64,000 nucleotides of DNA from Candidatus Nanopelagicales bacterium (GCA_025351185.1 JANXWJ010000094.1:5172-69171), one strand, 5' to 3'. Positions 10,494-21,760 are shown, numbered from the stretch's first letter. Translations and numbers: made by a program. The notes: generated by a model from the letters alone, not told the origin.

Positions 10494-12911
10494 TCAGGTG
10501 GGCGTCGAGGTTCGCAGGCGCAGGGCGGTGTCGAGGAGCACTCGGGCGCGGGCATCGAAGGAGTGGTCTCGCGCCACGGCTGCCGCGATGCGCGCCAGCG
10601 AGGCGTCGTCGGGGAACCTGTCGCGGCCGGCGGGCGAGCACAGCAGCGCGAGGTCGTCGACGTCTCGGTAGACCTGCACCGCGCCGCCGAAAACGCCCAC
10701 GTCGGCACCGACCTCGTCGGTGACCACCCGGGCGCCGCTCGCCACCGCGTCGAAGAGCCGGTTGGGCATGAAGCCCTCCCGCGCCATGTCGGCGTGGGAG
10801 TCGTTGAGCACGATGCCCGCACCGGAGTAGATCCGCCCGAGCTCGTCGTTGGCGACGAACCCTGAGCGCACGTGGTCGCGCACCGAGGTGTCGTCCCAGC
10901 CGTTCCCGTAGATCGAGAGATCCAGACCTGCCGCGTGCGCCGCGTCGACGATGGGTCGATTGGCGCGGAAGTTCGCCACGACCACCACGTCCTCGCCGTG
11001 GTGGTCGGCGGCGCCGGGGTGGAATCGCCGGGGGTCGGTCGCCTGCAGCAGCGGAGCGACGGGTCTGCCTGCCAGCTGCGTCATCCTCGCCGACCACCCC
11101 GTGCTCGCGGCGAAGGCAGCGTCGTAGCGACCTACCTCCTCGGGCGTGACGAGATCGGGATGGCTGATGATCCAGAGCAGGTTGGTGCGAGCGGGGTCAG
11201 GCACGACGTCGACCAGCCCGCGAATCGTGACAGTGACGTCGTCGAGGTAGGACGTGCGACGCACGATCGCGTCACGGCGGTCGACGACGACCTCCTGACC
11301 GAGTCGACGCAGCGCGGCCGCGAGGTCGGCACCGAAGAACGTGTCGCCCCACGTGTCGCCTGAAGGTCCTGAGCGAGAGGGGATCTTGATCGCCCACCGC
11401 AGTTGCGGCACACCGTCGACGTCGGGTCGCAGCGGGCGGCGCAGCACCGGTCGAGGGGCATGCAACTCGTGACCGACCTGCGCCGGGTCGACGTCGAGCC
11501 CGACGAGATCGAAGCCGGCGAGGGTGATGAGCGCCTCGTCGCCAGCGTCGAGCCGGTCCCGCCAGCGGCCGACGAACAGCTGACGATTCTCCTTCTGGAA
11601 GCGACCGCGACCCGGAGTCTTGCTCTCGAAGTGCACCACCTGGCTGTCGGTCACGACCCGCAGCCGCGCCGACGGGGCTCCGTCGGTCAGGCGCATGCAC
11701 AGGTCGATGTCCTCCCAGCCATTGACATAGGCGGCGTCGAAGCCGCGCATGCGCACCACATCTGCGGCGCGCATCGCGAACGCAGCCCCGGTGATCGCGC
11801 GGACGTCGAAGCGCCCCATCCGCAGGGCGTCGGGCGCCGGATGTTCGGCGAGGAAGTGCGACGGCAGCCCGCCGCCGCCGGGAAACCACACGCCCGCGCA
11901 CTGCACCGTGCCGTCGTCGTAGGTCAGCAGCGGCTGCGCCGCCATGACGTGCGCATCATCGAGCTCCTCGAGCAGCGGGCCGAGCCAGCCCGGCTGCACG
12001 ATGGTGTCGTTGTTGAGGAAGACGATGCGGTCACCGGTCGACGCTGCGAACGCGAGGTTGCTCCCGGTAGCGAAGCCGGTGTTGTCGCCCATCGTGCTGA
12101 TCTGCACCCGGCTGTCACCACCGAGCGCCGACGCGAGCAGCCGGCTCACGAACGCGGCCGATCCGTTGTCGACGACGATCACCTCGACATCGAGGTCGGG
12201 AGTCGCGTGCAGGACAGCCCGCACAGCATCGACCGTCATCCGCCAGTCGTGATAGGTCGGGATGAGGATCGAGATGCGCCCCGTCGTGCGACCAGACACG
12301 TTGCGCTCCAGCGCATCCCAGTCGTTGCTGGCCAGCTCGGATGTTGATGCGACCGCAGTGTCGGAGCGATGCAGATCGTTCCAGCTCCGGACGCGGGCAA
12401 GACCCTGCCCGCGCCACGCACCCCACGTCGGTGCGCTGCCAGGGTGGGCGGGCGGCACGGGCAGCACCGTGTCGTCGGCAGCAGCCGCGACGAAGTGACC
12501 GATCCCCCGCCCGGGGTGTTCCCATGCGTCGGGGTGCTCACTCAGGTAGGACGGCTCGTCGAACATCGGGTGCGGGACGGGGTAGGAACCGGGATCGGCG
12601 AGATAGCGCAGAACCGGGTCACGCGGGTCGGTGCCCCACCGACGCGGCTCGAGCGCCGAGGGCTCGAGGAGCGGGTGCAGCGAGAGTCCCGCGACGCGAC
12701 CGCGTGCGAGGTAGTGGCTGGCGACGGCCAGCGGCGAGGAGAAGGTCTGACCGGCCTGCGCTTCGTACCAGTCCTGATCGACCAGACCGGTGGCGACGAG
12801 GCGGGCGGGCATCCCCCGGTTGATGACCGTGCGACGCACGGTGACGCGGAGCGCCAGCGCGGAGCGACCGACAGACGACCGTCGTGCGGCCTTGGCCAAG
12901 CGGCGACGCAT
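10494..12911 (-). CDS. Bifunctional GT2 + CgeB-like GT-B glycosyltransferase
   Basis: GT2 core ISILIPTY...VVDNGS...GFATGSN...FLNND...GWEDIDLC; C-terminal region with [19 protein letters not shown]. Confidence 0.88.
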   Translation of the reverse strand: MRRRLAKAARRSSVGRSALALRVTVRRTVINRGMPARLVATGLVDQDWYEAQAGQTFSSPLAVASHYLARGRVAGLSLHPLLEPSALEPRRWGTDPRDPVLRYLADPGSYPVPHPMFDEPSYLSEHPDAWEHPGRGIGHFVAAAADDTVLPVPPAHPGSAPTWGAWRGQGLARVRSWNDLHRSDTAVASTSELASNDWDALERNVSGRTTGRISILIPTYHDWRMTVDAVRAVLHATPDLDVEVIVVDNGSAAFVSRLLASALGGDSRVQISTMGDNTGFATGSNLAFAASTGDRIVFLNNDTIVQPGWLGPLLEELDDAHVMAAQPLLTYDDGTVQCAGVWFPGGGGLPSHFLAEHPAPDALRMGRFDVRAITGAAFAMRAADVVRMRGFDAAYVNGWEDIDLCMRLTDGAPSARLRVVTDSQVVHFESKTPGRGRFQKENRQLFVGRWRDRLDAGDEALITLAGFDLVGLDVDPAQVGHELHAPRPVLRRPLRPDVDGVPQLRWAIKIPSRSGPSGDTWGDTFFGADLAAALRRLGQEVVVDRRDAIVRRTSYLDDVTVTIRGLVDVVPDPARTNLLWIISHPDLVTPEEVGRYDAAFAASTGWSARMTQLAGRPVAPLLQATDPRRFHPGAADHHGEDVVVVANFRANRPIVDAAHAAGLDLSIYGNGWDDTSVRDHVRSGFVANDELGRIYSGAGIVLNDSHADMAREGFMPNRLFDAVASGARVVTDEVGADVGVFGGAVQVYRDVDDLALLCSPAGRDRFPDDASLARIAAAVARDHSFDARARVLLDTALRLRTSTPT

Positions 12912-13066
12912 GTGATTCCTCGGGTGGGCCTGGGTGCGACTGTGATCCTACCGCCGGCCATCGGGGCCGAGGGTCGCTCACAGCCACGCCGGGAGACCTC
13001 ACCCGGCCAGCCGGCTTCGTCGTCGATGGGAACCTCGCGGCGCGCAGGCCCGCTAGTGTTCTGGCC

Positions 13067-13939
<873 letters not shown>

Positions 13940-13968
13940 GAGCAAGAGCCGACCACGCCGCGCGGGCT

Positions 13969-15006
13969 CTACCGCTGGGTGGCGGGGTTGTGCGGCAGCA
14001 GGAACCCCAGACCCCAGCAGCCGTGCATCGTGGCGAGGACCGCGGGGACGCGTAGGCGGATGGCGACGGGCGAGCCCCGGCTGATCCAGAGCCCCCCGAA
14101 GGTGACGAGCAGCGCGTAGCCGATCGGCGCGAGCCAGCCCAGGGCGAGCCAGGCCGGACCACCGATCGAGAGCAGACCGGCCGCGGTGCCGACCACGACA
14201 CCCAGGAGCGCCACGGGTGCCGCGAGATAGCGCGCACTGACGGTGTCGGGGTGACGGCGGACGACCTCGCGACGCCAGCGCCCGTATCCGAAGTACTGCC
14301 GGGCGAGCGCGCGCAACGTGGGCCGGGGCCGATAGGTCACGGGCATCCTGGGGGTGAACCAGATGAGTCCGCCGCTCTGCCGGATCCGGTAGTTCATCTC
14401 CCAGTCCTGCGCACGCACCATCGACTCGTCATAGCCGCCGACCCGCTCGAGAGCCGACCGCCGGAACGCCCCGAGATAGACGGTCGGCTGCGGGCCCTCC
14501 TCGCCGCCCGTGTGGAACGAAGCAGCGCCGACACCGAGTGGTGACCGCATAGCGATCGCGACCGCCTTCTCGAACGACGTCTCACCCTCTGCCGCCATGA
14601 TCCCGCCGACGTTGTCCGCACCCGTACGGGTCAGGACCTCCACCGCAGTGGCGACGTAGTCGACGGGCACCAGAGCGTGCCCGTCGATACGCACGATCAC
14701 GTCGTACGACGCTGCCGCGATCGCGGTGTTGAGCCCTGCCGGGGTGCGCCCGCTCGGGTTGTGCACGAGGCGCACCCGGGGATCAGTGCCCGCGAGGTCG
14801 GCAGCGATCTGATCGGTGCGGTCAGAGCTCGGACCGAGCGCCAGCACGACCTCGAGCGCGCCGGCGTAGTCCTGGCCGAGGAGCCGCTCGACCGCACCTG
14901 CGAGATGGCGCTCCTCGTCGAGCACGGGGACGACCACGGACACGCCGGGGAGGTCGGCGCCGCAGGTCGGAGGCGTCGGGACGGGGTCAGGTGAGGTCGT
15001 CATCAC
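13969..15006 (-). CDS. GT2 glycosyltransferase (ExoA-like) with C-terminal membrane segments
   Basis: VSVVVPVLDEE, IVRIDGH, TVYLGAFRR, AQDWEMNYRIR, RQYFGYGRWR. Confidence 0.9.
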   Translation of the reverse strand: MMTTSPDPVPTPPTCGADLPGVSVVVPVLDEERHLAGAVERLLGQDYAGALEVVLALGPSSDRTDQIAADLAGTDPRVRLVHNPSGRTPAGLNTAIAAASYDVIVRIDGHALVPVDYVATAVEVLTRTGADNVGGIMAAEGETSFEKAVAIAMRSPLGVGAASFHTGGEEGPQPTVYLGAFRRSALERVGGYDESMVRAQDWEMNYRIRQSGGLIWFTPRMPVTYRPRPTLRALARQYFGYGRWRREVVRRHPDTVSARYLAAPVALLGVVVGTAAGLLSIGGPAWLALGWLAPIGYALLVTFGGLWISRGSPVAIRLRVPAVLATMHGCWGLGFLLPHNPATQR

Positions 15007-15186
15007 GGGAGAACGTAGTCGACGCGCGGGCCGCGACCGCAGGGGTGACTCACATCACCCGGCGTTGCGGGACCTGCGAGAGCGCGAGCGCGTCGTACCG
15101 TGGTCGAGGCCTCTCGACCCGTGGGCCGTCCGCGGCCGCCCGGCCGCCCCGTCTCCCACCCGCACCGAGATCCGCTGGAGGACGAT

Positions 15187-16644
15187 GTGAGCACGACGCC
15201 ACCGCCTATCTCGGGGCACCTGTCCGCGGAGCGCCCGGCCTCGAGGACCGCCCCGCGACGCGGCCTGCGGATCGCCGCCGGTGTCGTGTCAGGCGCCGTC
15301 CTGCTGACGAGCGGCGTCGCCTGGGCCGGCACGTCGCGCTATTTCAGCCAGGTGACCCAGATCGCGATCCCGGGCCTTCAGGCGAGCGGTCACAGCGATC
15401 CGATGACGATCCTCATGGTCGCCAGCGACAGCCGGGTCGGGCTCAGCCGGGCTGATGCCGCCACGCTCCACCTCGGCCACGACAACTACGGCGCTCCCCG
15501 CACCGACACGATGATGCTGGTGCACATCGGCGCCGACGCCAACGCCGTGACCGTCGTCTCGCTGCCGCGCGACACCCTCGCGAACATCCCGTCCTACACC
15601 GACGCGAAGGGAAAGACGCACGCCTCGCACCGCGCCAAGCTCAACGCGGCCTACTCCGAGGGTGGTCCGACCGGCATGGTCGCCACCGTCGAGTCGATGA
15701 CTGGTGTGACGATCAACCACTACGTCGAGATGAACTTCAACGGCTTCCTCAGCATGGTCGATGCCCTCGACGGCGTCGAGGTCTGCCTGGCAAAGCCTCT
15801 GAAGGACAAGAACTCCGGGCTCAACCTCCCCGCCGGCCGACAGACGATCAGCGGCCCTCAGTCACTCGCCTACGTCCGGGCCCGCTATGTCGACGCCACC
15901 TCCGACCTCGGTCGGATGAAGCGCCAGCAGAAGTTCGTCGCCTCGATCGTCAAGAAGGCCAGCGGCGCCAGCACGGTGCTCAACCCGGCCAAGCTCAATG
16001 CCTTCCTGTCCGCGGTCGCCGGGAGCATCACGACCGACTCCGGGCTGACCAAGGACGACATGCTCGATCTCGCCGACCGGCTCAAGGGCACCAACCCCGC
16101 CAACGTCGCGTTCGTGACGGTGCCGCTCGCTGCACCCCAGAAGATCGCGGGCGTCGGCGACGTGCTCATCTGGGACAAGGTGAAGTCGGCCGCCCTCTTC
16201 ACGGCAATGAACAAGGACCAGCCGATCGTGGCGCCGGCACCGTCGGCCTCGACGTCCGCCGGGTCGACCGTCACCGTCGCACCGAGCGCCGTCTCGGTGG
16301 CCGTCTTCAACGGCACGACCACCAAGGGCCTCGGGAGCAAGGCGGCCACCGACCTTGCGGGGCTTCACTTCTCGGTCGTCGGCGCTGCAGCGAACGCCGC
16401 ATCGCCCGTCGGCGAGGCGACAGTGATCACCTACGACCCGAAGTTCGACCAGTCCGCGAAGACCGTCGCCGCTGCGATCCCGGGGGCCGTCCTCACCGCA
16501 GTCACCGGCTTGGGCCGCACCATCCACGTCACCGTGGGTACGTCCTACGCCGGGGTCAAGGCCGTCACCGTCTCGAGCGCCAGACCGTCGCCGTCAGCCA
16601 CTGGTGCCAAGCCCCGCACAGCGGCCGACGACCTCTGCGCCTGA
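15187..16644 (+). CDS. LCP (LytR-CpsA-Psr) glycopolymer ligase with LytR_C domain
   Basis: N-terminal TM segment; RTDTMMLVH, VSLPRDT, KLNAAY, LAYVRARY, SDLGRMKRQQ; C-terminal VAVFNGTTTKGL. GTG follows a GGAGGA RBS. Confidence 0.93.
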   Translation: MSTTPPPISGHLSAERPASRTAPRRGLRIAAGVVSGAVLLTSGVAWAGTSRYFSQVTQIAIPGLQASGHSDPMTILMVASDSRVGLSRADAATLHLGHDNYGAPRTDTMMLVHIGADANAVTVVSLPRDTLANIPSYTDAKGKTHASHRAKLNAAYSEGGPTGMVATVESMTGVTINHYVEMNFNGFLSMVDALDGVEVCLAKPLKDKNSGLNLPAGRQTISGPQSLAYVRARYVDATSDLGRMKRQQKFVASIVKKASGASTVLNPAKLNAFLSAVAGSITTDSGLTKDDMLDLADRLKGTNPANVAFVTVPLAAPQKIAGVGDVLIWDKVKSAALFTAMNKDQPIVAPAPSASTSAGSTVTVAPSAVSVAVFNGTTTKGLGSKAATDLAGLHFSVVGAAANAASPVGEATVITYDPKFDQSAKTVAAAIPGAVLTAVTGLGRTIHVTVGTSYAGVKAVTVSSARPSPSATGAKPRTAADDLCA

Positions 16645-16675
16645 CCTACGCCGCACCCCCGCGATGAGCCTGTGG

Positions 16676-17194
16676 TCAGAGGTGCTCGGCGCGGCGGGCG
16701 CGGATGGCCTCGCGCCGGGCGAGACGTGACTCACGGCGGATGAGCGCCTCGGCCCAGCGGTGCCGGTCCTCGTCGGACTCCGGCAGCAGCGCGACGACGG
16801 GCCGCGGCAGCTCGTCGTCGCCGATGTGGACGAACACGAGGTAGGCCGATGCGACGTGCCGCCCGACGGCGTCGGCGTCGTCCCATCGCTGCGTGGTGAC
16901 CCGGACCCCCACCTCCATCGACGACGAACCGGTCCAGTTGACCTGCGCGCGGCAGGTGAGGATGTCACCGAGCCGGACCGGCTGCAGGAACACCATCTCG
17001 TCCATCGACGCCGTCACCGCCTTGCCTCGCGTGTGCCGCGTGGCAGAGACCCCGGCCGCGTCGTCGACCGCCTTCATGATGACGCCACCGTGCACGTTGC
17101 CGTGGAGGTTGGCATCGCCCTGCTGCATGATCCGCGCGAGCGTGACGCGGCTGAAGGAGGTGAGGGTGGCGGGATACGCAGGTGCCTCGGGCAT
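16676..17194 (-). CDS. Acyl-CoA thioesterase (HotDog fold)
   Basis: DANLHGNVHGGVIMKAVDDAAG, VNWTGSSSMEVGVRV. ATG 17194 follows TAGGCT. Confidence 0.92.
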   Translation of the reverse strand: MPEAPAYPATLTSFSRVTLARIMQQGDANLHGNVHGGVIMKAVDDAAGVSATRHTRGKAVTASMDEMVFLQPVRLGDILTCRAQVNWTGSSSMEVGVRVTTQRWDDADAVGRHVASAYLVFVHIGDDELPRPVVALLPESDEDRHRWAEALIRRESRLARREAIRARRAEHL

Positions 17195-17246
17195 GCCGTC
17201 GAGCCTAGAGCCAGGGGTCGATGAAGGAGCGCCGTACCCTGCGGAG

Positions 17247-17558
17247 GTGATCCTCATCGACTCGCCGCAGTGGTGGCACCGCGAGCGCTGGTGGGGTCAC
17301 ATGGTGAGTGATGTCAGTGTCGCGGAGCTGCACGCGTTCGCCGAGGTTCTCGGCATCCCGCGCCGCGCCTTCGAGCGCGACCACTACGACATCCCCGCGC
17401 ACCTGCATCCGATGGCTCTTGAGGCCGGTGCCGTGCTGGTGCCGAGCAAGGATCTCGTCCGACGCCTGACCGCAGCAGGTCTCCGGCGCCCCAAGGACCG
17501 CCCCGCCCCTCCGGCTGCTCAGCCGCCGACGGCGACCTTCCCGGAGTCCCTGGCGTAG
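17247..17558 (+). CDS. DUF4031-family small protein
   Basis: ILID.P.W....R.WGHMVSD.S..ELHAFA..LG...AFERDHYDIP pattern; GGAG before GTG. Confidence 0.8.
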   Translation: MILIDSPQWWHRERWWGHMVSDVSVAELHAFAEVLGIPRRAFERDHYDIPAHLHPMALEAGAVLVPSKDLVRRLTAAGLRRPKDRPAPPAAQPPTATFPESLA

Positions 17559-17610
17559 CGGGTCGCCGATCGTGATGACGCGACGACGGTGACAGCAGTG
17601 GCACCGGCAG

Positions 17611-18060
17611 TCATGCAGGTGCGCTGCTCCAACGACGGTTGTCCCACTCGTCGGGTCCGTCCAGGGTCCACGCGATCGCCCGGGCAGGTGTCACGACGTA
17701 GAGCCGCGACGCGGAGTTGAGCGTCGCGTCGGGGAGATACTGCAGGTCGCTCGGGTCGGTGTACTTCGCAGCGTACGCGGCGTTAACCCCTGGGTCGGCT
17801 CCGGCCAGCGACACCGACGTCGCCGTCCCGTGGAGCAGCAGCACATCGCTGCCGCTCTCGAGGTGCAGCACGAGTCGCGGGTCGGCAGCGAGGTTGCGCG
17901 AGCGCACTGCGCTGGGATCGCCATAGAAGTGCAGCGCCTCGCGGGCGACGACACCCCAGACCGGAACCGCGTGCGGGCCAGAGTCACCCAAGGTCGACAC
18001 CCACCAGTTCTGCGCCTCGGCAAACCGCCTCGCGATCTCTTCCCAGGAAAGGGACGACAC
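17611..18060 (-). CDS. Pyridoxamine 5'-phosphate oxidase-like (split-barrel flavin/F420-binding) protein
   Basis: WVSTL..SGPHAVPVWGV, RSRNLAADPRLVLHLESG. Confidence 0.85.
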   Translation of the reverse strand: MSSLSWEEIARRFAEAQNWWVSTLGDSGPHAVPVWGVVAREALHFYGDPSAVRSRNLAADPRLVLHLESGSDVLLLHGTATSVSLAGADPGVNAAYAAKYTDPSDLQYLPDATLNSASRLYVVTPARAIAWTLDGPDEWDNRRWSSAPA

Positions 18061-18062
18061 CG

Positions 18063-19241
18063 TCAGCTCCCGGTGGTGAGCTCGGCCACCGCCGCGAGCA
18101 GCGCTGCCACATCGTCGGACGTCGTGTAACGCACGACTCCAGCACGGACGAGACCACCGCTGTCGCGGAGGCCGAGAGCGTCGACGAGCTCGCACGCGTA
18201 GTTGTCACCGTGCCACACCGCGATCCGACGCGACGCGAGATGGTGGTCGACCTGCTCCGGGGAGTGGCCCGCGACGGTGAACACCACGGTCGGCGCGCGA
18301 TCCGGTGTCACGGAAGGCCCGTGGATCGTGACGCCCGGAATCTCGTGCAGCCCTTCCTGAAGCAGCGCGAGGAGACGCGTCTCACGCTCGGCCTCGTCTG
18401 CGATCGAGGTCGAGAGCATGTACTCCGCCGCAGCCGTGACACCAGCGAGCAGCTCGATCTGGGTCGTGCCCGTCTCCCAGCGCAGCGGGCCGGCGTAGTC
18501 GGCCGGCCGCACGCGGTAGGGCTCGATCTCCCCGAGCAGCCCGTTGCGCACGGCGAGGACGCCCGCGTGCGGGCCGTACCACTTGTAGGGCGAGGTCGAG
18601 AGCACGTCGACGTCGAGGGCCGAGGCGCTGGTCGGCAGGTGCGGCACCCGGGCGACACCGTCGACGAGGATCTTGGCGCCGTACTCGTGGGCGATCGCCG
18701 TGGCGCGCTCGAGGTCGGGGGCGTGGCCGGTGAGGTTGGAGGCGCCGGAGATGGCGACCCACCTGGTGCGTCCGTCGGCACACAGACCCTTGAGCGGCTC
18801 GACGTCGAGCGTGCCGTCGACCGGGTCGACCTCGAGGAGCTCGACGGTCGCACCGACGTCGCGGGCCGCGAGGATCCAGGGCGACACGTTGGAGTCGTGG
18901 TCGAGCTGCGTGCAGACGATGCGGTCGCCAGGCTGCCAGTGCCGCGAGAGCGCCCTCGTGAACGAGAACATGAGGTTGGTGGTGCTCGGTCCGAAGACGA
19001 TCTCGTCGGCACTGGCGCCCACGAGCTCGGCGGTGGCCGCACGCGCGCGGTCGACTACGGCGACGCTCGCGATGCTCGCATCGAACAGGCCGCCGAGGTT
19101 GGCGGGAGCGGGCGAGCGCATGTAGTCGGCGATGGCATCGACACAGGTGTCGACAGGCAGCGTGCCTGCGGGGCCGTCGAAGCGGACCCACCCGTCGGAG
19201 AGCCCCGGGAAGCGCGAACGGACATTGTCAGTGGTGGCCAT
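18063..19241 (-). CDS. Cysteine desulfurase-like aminotransferase class V
   Basis: FDGPAGT, LDHDSNVSPW, VDGV, SPYKWYGPH (PLP lysine), ETGT. Confidence 0.9.
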   Translation of the reverse strand: MATTDNVRSRFPGLSDGWVRFDGPAGTLPVDTCVDAIADYMRSPAPANLGGLFDASIASVAVVDRARAATAELVGASADEIVFGPSTTNLMFSFTRALSRHWQPGDRIVCTQLDHDSNVSPWILAARDVGATVELLEVDPVDGTLDVEPLKGLCADGRTRWVAISGASNLTGHAPDLERATAIAHEYGAKILVDGVARVPHLPTSASALDVDVLSTSPYKWYGPHAGVLAVRNGLLGEIEPYRVRPADYAGPLRWETGTTQIELLAGVTAAAEYMLSTSIADEAERETRLLALLQEGLHEIPGVTIHGPSVTPDRAPTVVFTVAGHSPEQVDHHLASRRIAVWHGDNYACELVDALGLRDSGGLVRAGVVRYTTSDDVAALLAAVAELTTGS

Positions 19242-19299
19242 GACGCGATCCTGCCAGTCCGGTCCCGCACAGTCGATCAGCCCGGACCCCGACGGGCTC

Positions 19300-19326
19300 T
19301 TCAGGCCCCGCTCCGACCGGCCGATG
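19300..19326 (+). promoter_or_regulatory. sigma28/FliA-like promoter motif upstream of the GAF-EAL gene
   Basis: TTCA-N16-GCCGATG, 7 nt before the ATG at 19334. Confidence 0.5.
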
Positions 19327-19333
19327 GGACTCC

Positions 19334-20557
19334 ATGGCCCGCCGAACGCCGAGCTCCGTCGACCTTGGGGCCGAGCAGCAGATCAGCGACCTGCTGCGCA
19401 CCGCCAAGGATTCGCTGCGCCTCAGTGTCGCCTTCCTGAGCCGTCTCGACGGCGAGACCCAGCATCTCGAGGTCGTCGAGGCGAGCGGTCCGGCGGCACT
19501 GTTCTTCCGCGAGGGCGTCACGCAGAACCGGGACACGTCGTTCTGCCAGGCGATCCTCGACGGACGGCTGCCTGCCGTCATCCCGGACGTGGCGAAGAAC
19601 AAGGTCGCGATGTCGCTGCCGTCATCGCGCATCCCGCGCATCCGCAGCTATGTCTCGGTACCGGTAAGACTCTCGGACGGCAGCCTCTACGGCACGTTCT
19701 GCGCCGCCGGGCTGACCAGCGACCAGGGCCTCACGACACGTGACCATGCGCTCATGGAAGTGCTCGCCAAGGCCGCCGCACTCGTGCTCGAACCGGGTCT
19801 GCGAGTCCGGGAGCGGCGCGAGGCGATCGAGGCACGACTCCTCCCCCTCATGGACATCCATCGAGGCCCGGTCATCGTCTATCAGCCCATCGTCGATCTG
19901 ATGACGGGCCTGCGAGTGGGCGCGGAGGCGCTCAGCCGCTTTCCCGCCGAGTGGGGCATGACCCCTGATCTCTGCTTCGCCGAGGCGCACAGCGTCGGGC
20001 TGGGACACGAGCTCGAGATCCTGGCGCTGCGCCGCGCCGCCGAAGCGGTCGACGAGGTGAGCGGATACGTCGCCCTCAACGTCTCACCCGCGACCCTGAT
20101 ACGGGAGGACTGCCGCGCGCTGCTCGCGACCCTGCCGCTCGACCGGGTGCTGCTCGAGCTCTCGGAGCACGACCCGGTCGAGGACTACAACGGCCTGCTG
20201 GTAGCCCTGGACCCCATGCGCCGCAGCGGGATGCGGCTCGCGATCGATGACGTCGGCGCCGGGTTCTCCTCCTTGCGCCACATCGTGCTTACTCATCCCG
20301 ACGTGATCAAGCTCGACCGTTCCATCGTCGACGGTGTCAGCCGTGACGACGTCCTGTCGACGCTCGTCCGCTCGCTCGTCGCCTTTGCCGGCAGCGCCGG
20401 CGCGCGCGTGGTGGCAGAGGGCATCGAGACCCAGGACGATGCCGTCTGGCTCCGCGGTCTCGGCGTCGACTACGGGCAGGGCTGGTTCTTCGGACGCCCC
20501 GGCCCGATGTCGGACCTCCTCTCCGCATCGACGCCTGCGCACGTCCCTGCCCCCTGA
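19334..20557 (+). CDS. GAF-EAL c-di-GMP phosphodiesterase
   Basis: N-terminal GAF (SFCQAILDG...SYVSVPV..SDGSLYGTFCA); EAL domain with YQPIVDL, AEALSRF, DDVGAGFSSL, KLDRS, AEGIE, GQGWFF intact. Confidence 0.92.
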   Translation: MARRTPSSVDLGAEQQISDLLRTAKDSLRLSVAFLSRLDGETQHLEVVEASGPAALFFREGVTQNRDTSFCQAILDGRLPAVIPDVAKNKVAMSLPSSRIPRIRSYVSVPVRLSDGSLYGTFCAAGLTSDQGLTTRDHALMEVLAKAAALVLEPGLRVRERREAIEARLLPLMDIHRGPVIVYQPIVDLMTGLRVGAEALSRFPAEWGMTPDLCFAEAHSVGLGHELEILALRRAAEAVDEVSGYVALNVSPATLIREDCRALLATLPLDRVLLELSEHDPVEDYNGLLVALDPMRRSGMRLAIDDVGAGFSSLRHIVLTHPDVIKLDRSIVDGVSRDDVLSTLVRSLVAFAGSAGARVVAEGIETQDDAVWLRGLGVDYGQGWFFGRPGPMSDLLSASTPAHVPAP

Positions 20558-20610
20558 GGCACGTACGGCCCCGAATCGATGGCCGCCGCCATCACCGCAT
20601 TCGCAGTGCG

Positions 20611-20637
20611 CTCAGGACGTCGGGGCTGCGACCGATA
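20611..20637 (+). promoter_or_regulatory. sigma28/FliA-like promoter motif upstream of the NlpC/P60 remnant
   Basis: CTCA-N16-ACCGATA. Confidence 0.55.
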
Positions 20638-20693
20638 AACGGGTGAGCACCCTCGGCGCACGGACTCGCCCCGACCCACGTGTGGAGCGTCCG

Positions 20694-21020
20694 TTGTCCC
20701 TGTCCGAGATCTCGGCGCGTATCGCGCAGATCCAGTCGTTGGTGTCGCCGTCCTCGACCGCCGCGACGATGGCGACGACAACCTCCGGCACCGACTTCGC
20801 CAGCACCCTCGACGGTGCCCTGGGCACGTCGTCGGTCGGCGCCTCCCCCTCGGCATCGTCGACGACGGGCCCGTCTGCCAGCGTCCTGGCCGCCCTGCGC
20901 GGCCGCGCCACGACCGGCACGTCGACTCGTGCCGATGGTGACGACCTCGCCACGTGGGCCACGAAGTTCGTCGGGACGCCGTACGTCGCCGGCGGCCGCT
21001 CACCCTCGACCGGCTCGACC
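20694..21020 (+). pseudogene. Truncated NlpC/P60 cell-wall hydrolase of the type found in actinobacterial flagellar clusters
   Basis: TTG after GGAG; MSLSEISARIAQIQS...TDFASTL...ATWATKFVGTPYVAGGRSPSTG, then loss of homology just before the expected (F)DCSG catalytic motif (ggc tcgac suggests a 1-nt loss from ggc ttc gac). Confidence 0.75.
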
Positions 21021-21070
21021 GGAGCGAGCGGTGCGACGACAGCGAGTCCGGCTGAGCGGCCGCTGACGGG

Positions 21071-21541
21071 TCAGCGTCTCCAGGTGTTCTTGGTCGGCCC
21101 CGTGCCGGCGCGCTTCACCGGACGTTGTGCGTGGGTGGCCGACACCGGGTTCGGGATGAGCCGGCGCAGGACGTCGGGCAGCGCCTCCCAGTCCTCGCGC
21201 TCCAGCCACACGTGCGCGACTGCGTCGGCCCAGACGCGATCCGTGCGACAGCGCTCGGCGATGTCGTCTTCGTACTCGTCGGCATAGTCGCTCAGCAGGT
21301 CCTCGATCGGACCCGCGGCGACATACGCGCGATGCCGGTCGTCGGCCTGGGGGTCAAGGAGCATGGCGTCGAGGACCTCGATCGGCAGGTCACCGTCGCG
21401 CACCGCCGCATGGACCGCATCCCACGCCCACCAGTGGTCCCGGTCGGCGACCAGTCGGTCCTCAGCGCTCCCCTGGCTCAGCTCGTGCTGCCGTCGGTAG
21501 GAGCGCACGATCTCGGCCTCGTGGGCAGGGTCCCAGGTCAC
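21071..21541 (-). CDS. Uncharacterised protein, DUF6869-like
   Basis: WWAWDAV...YVAAGPIEDLL...IAERCRTD..WADAVAHVW pattern; GTG preceded by CATGAT-N6. Confidence 0.65.
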   Translation of the reverse strand: MTWDPAHEAEIVRSYRRQHELSQGSAEDRLVADRDHWWAWDAVHAAVRDGDLPIEVLDAMLLDPQADDRHRAYVAAGPIEDLLSDYADEYEDDIAERCRTDRVWADAVAHVWLEREDWEALPDVLRRLIPNPVSATHAQRPVKRAGTGPTKNTWRR

Positions 21542-21582
21542 AGCACGATCATGTCCGACCGTCGGCCTCGTCGTCTCCCACC

Positions 21583-21627
21583 ACCGATAGCGTCTTCGCA
21601 GGCTATAGCCCTGCGGTGACGCTATCG
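21583..21627. repeat. Palindromic REP-like element, family B copy 1
   Basis: accgatagcgtc...gacgctatcg; 38/45 identical to 49401-49444. Confidence 0.75.
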
Positions 21628-21760
21628 ATGACGTCAGCGGCCCGACGTCCGCCGGACGTGGGACGACCCCGGTGCTTCCGTCCGGGGGAGGAACAGGAGG
21701 CATCGGGGCCGTCGTCTGGGGGTGGCCGAGGCGTCGGTCGAGTCCGTCGAGGACCCAAGA

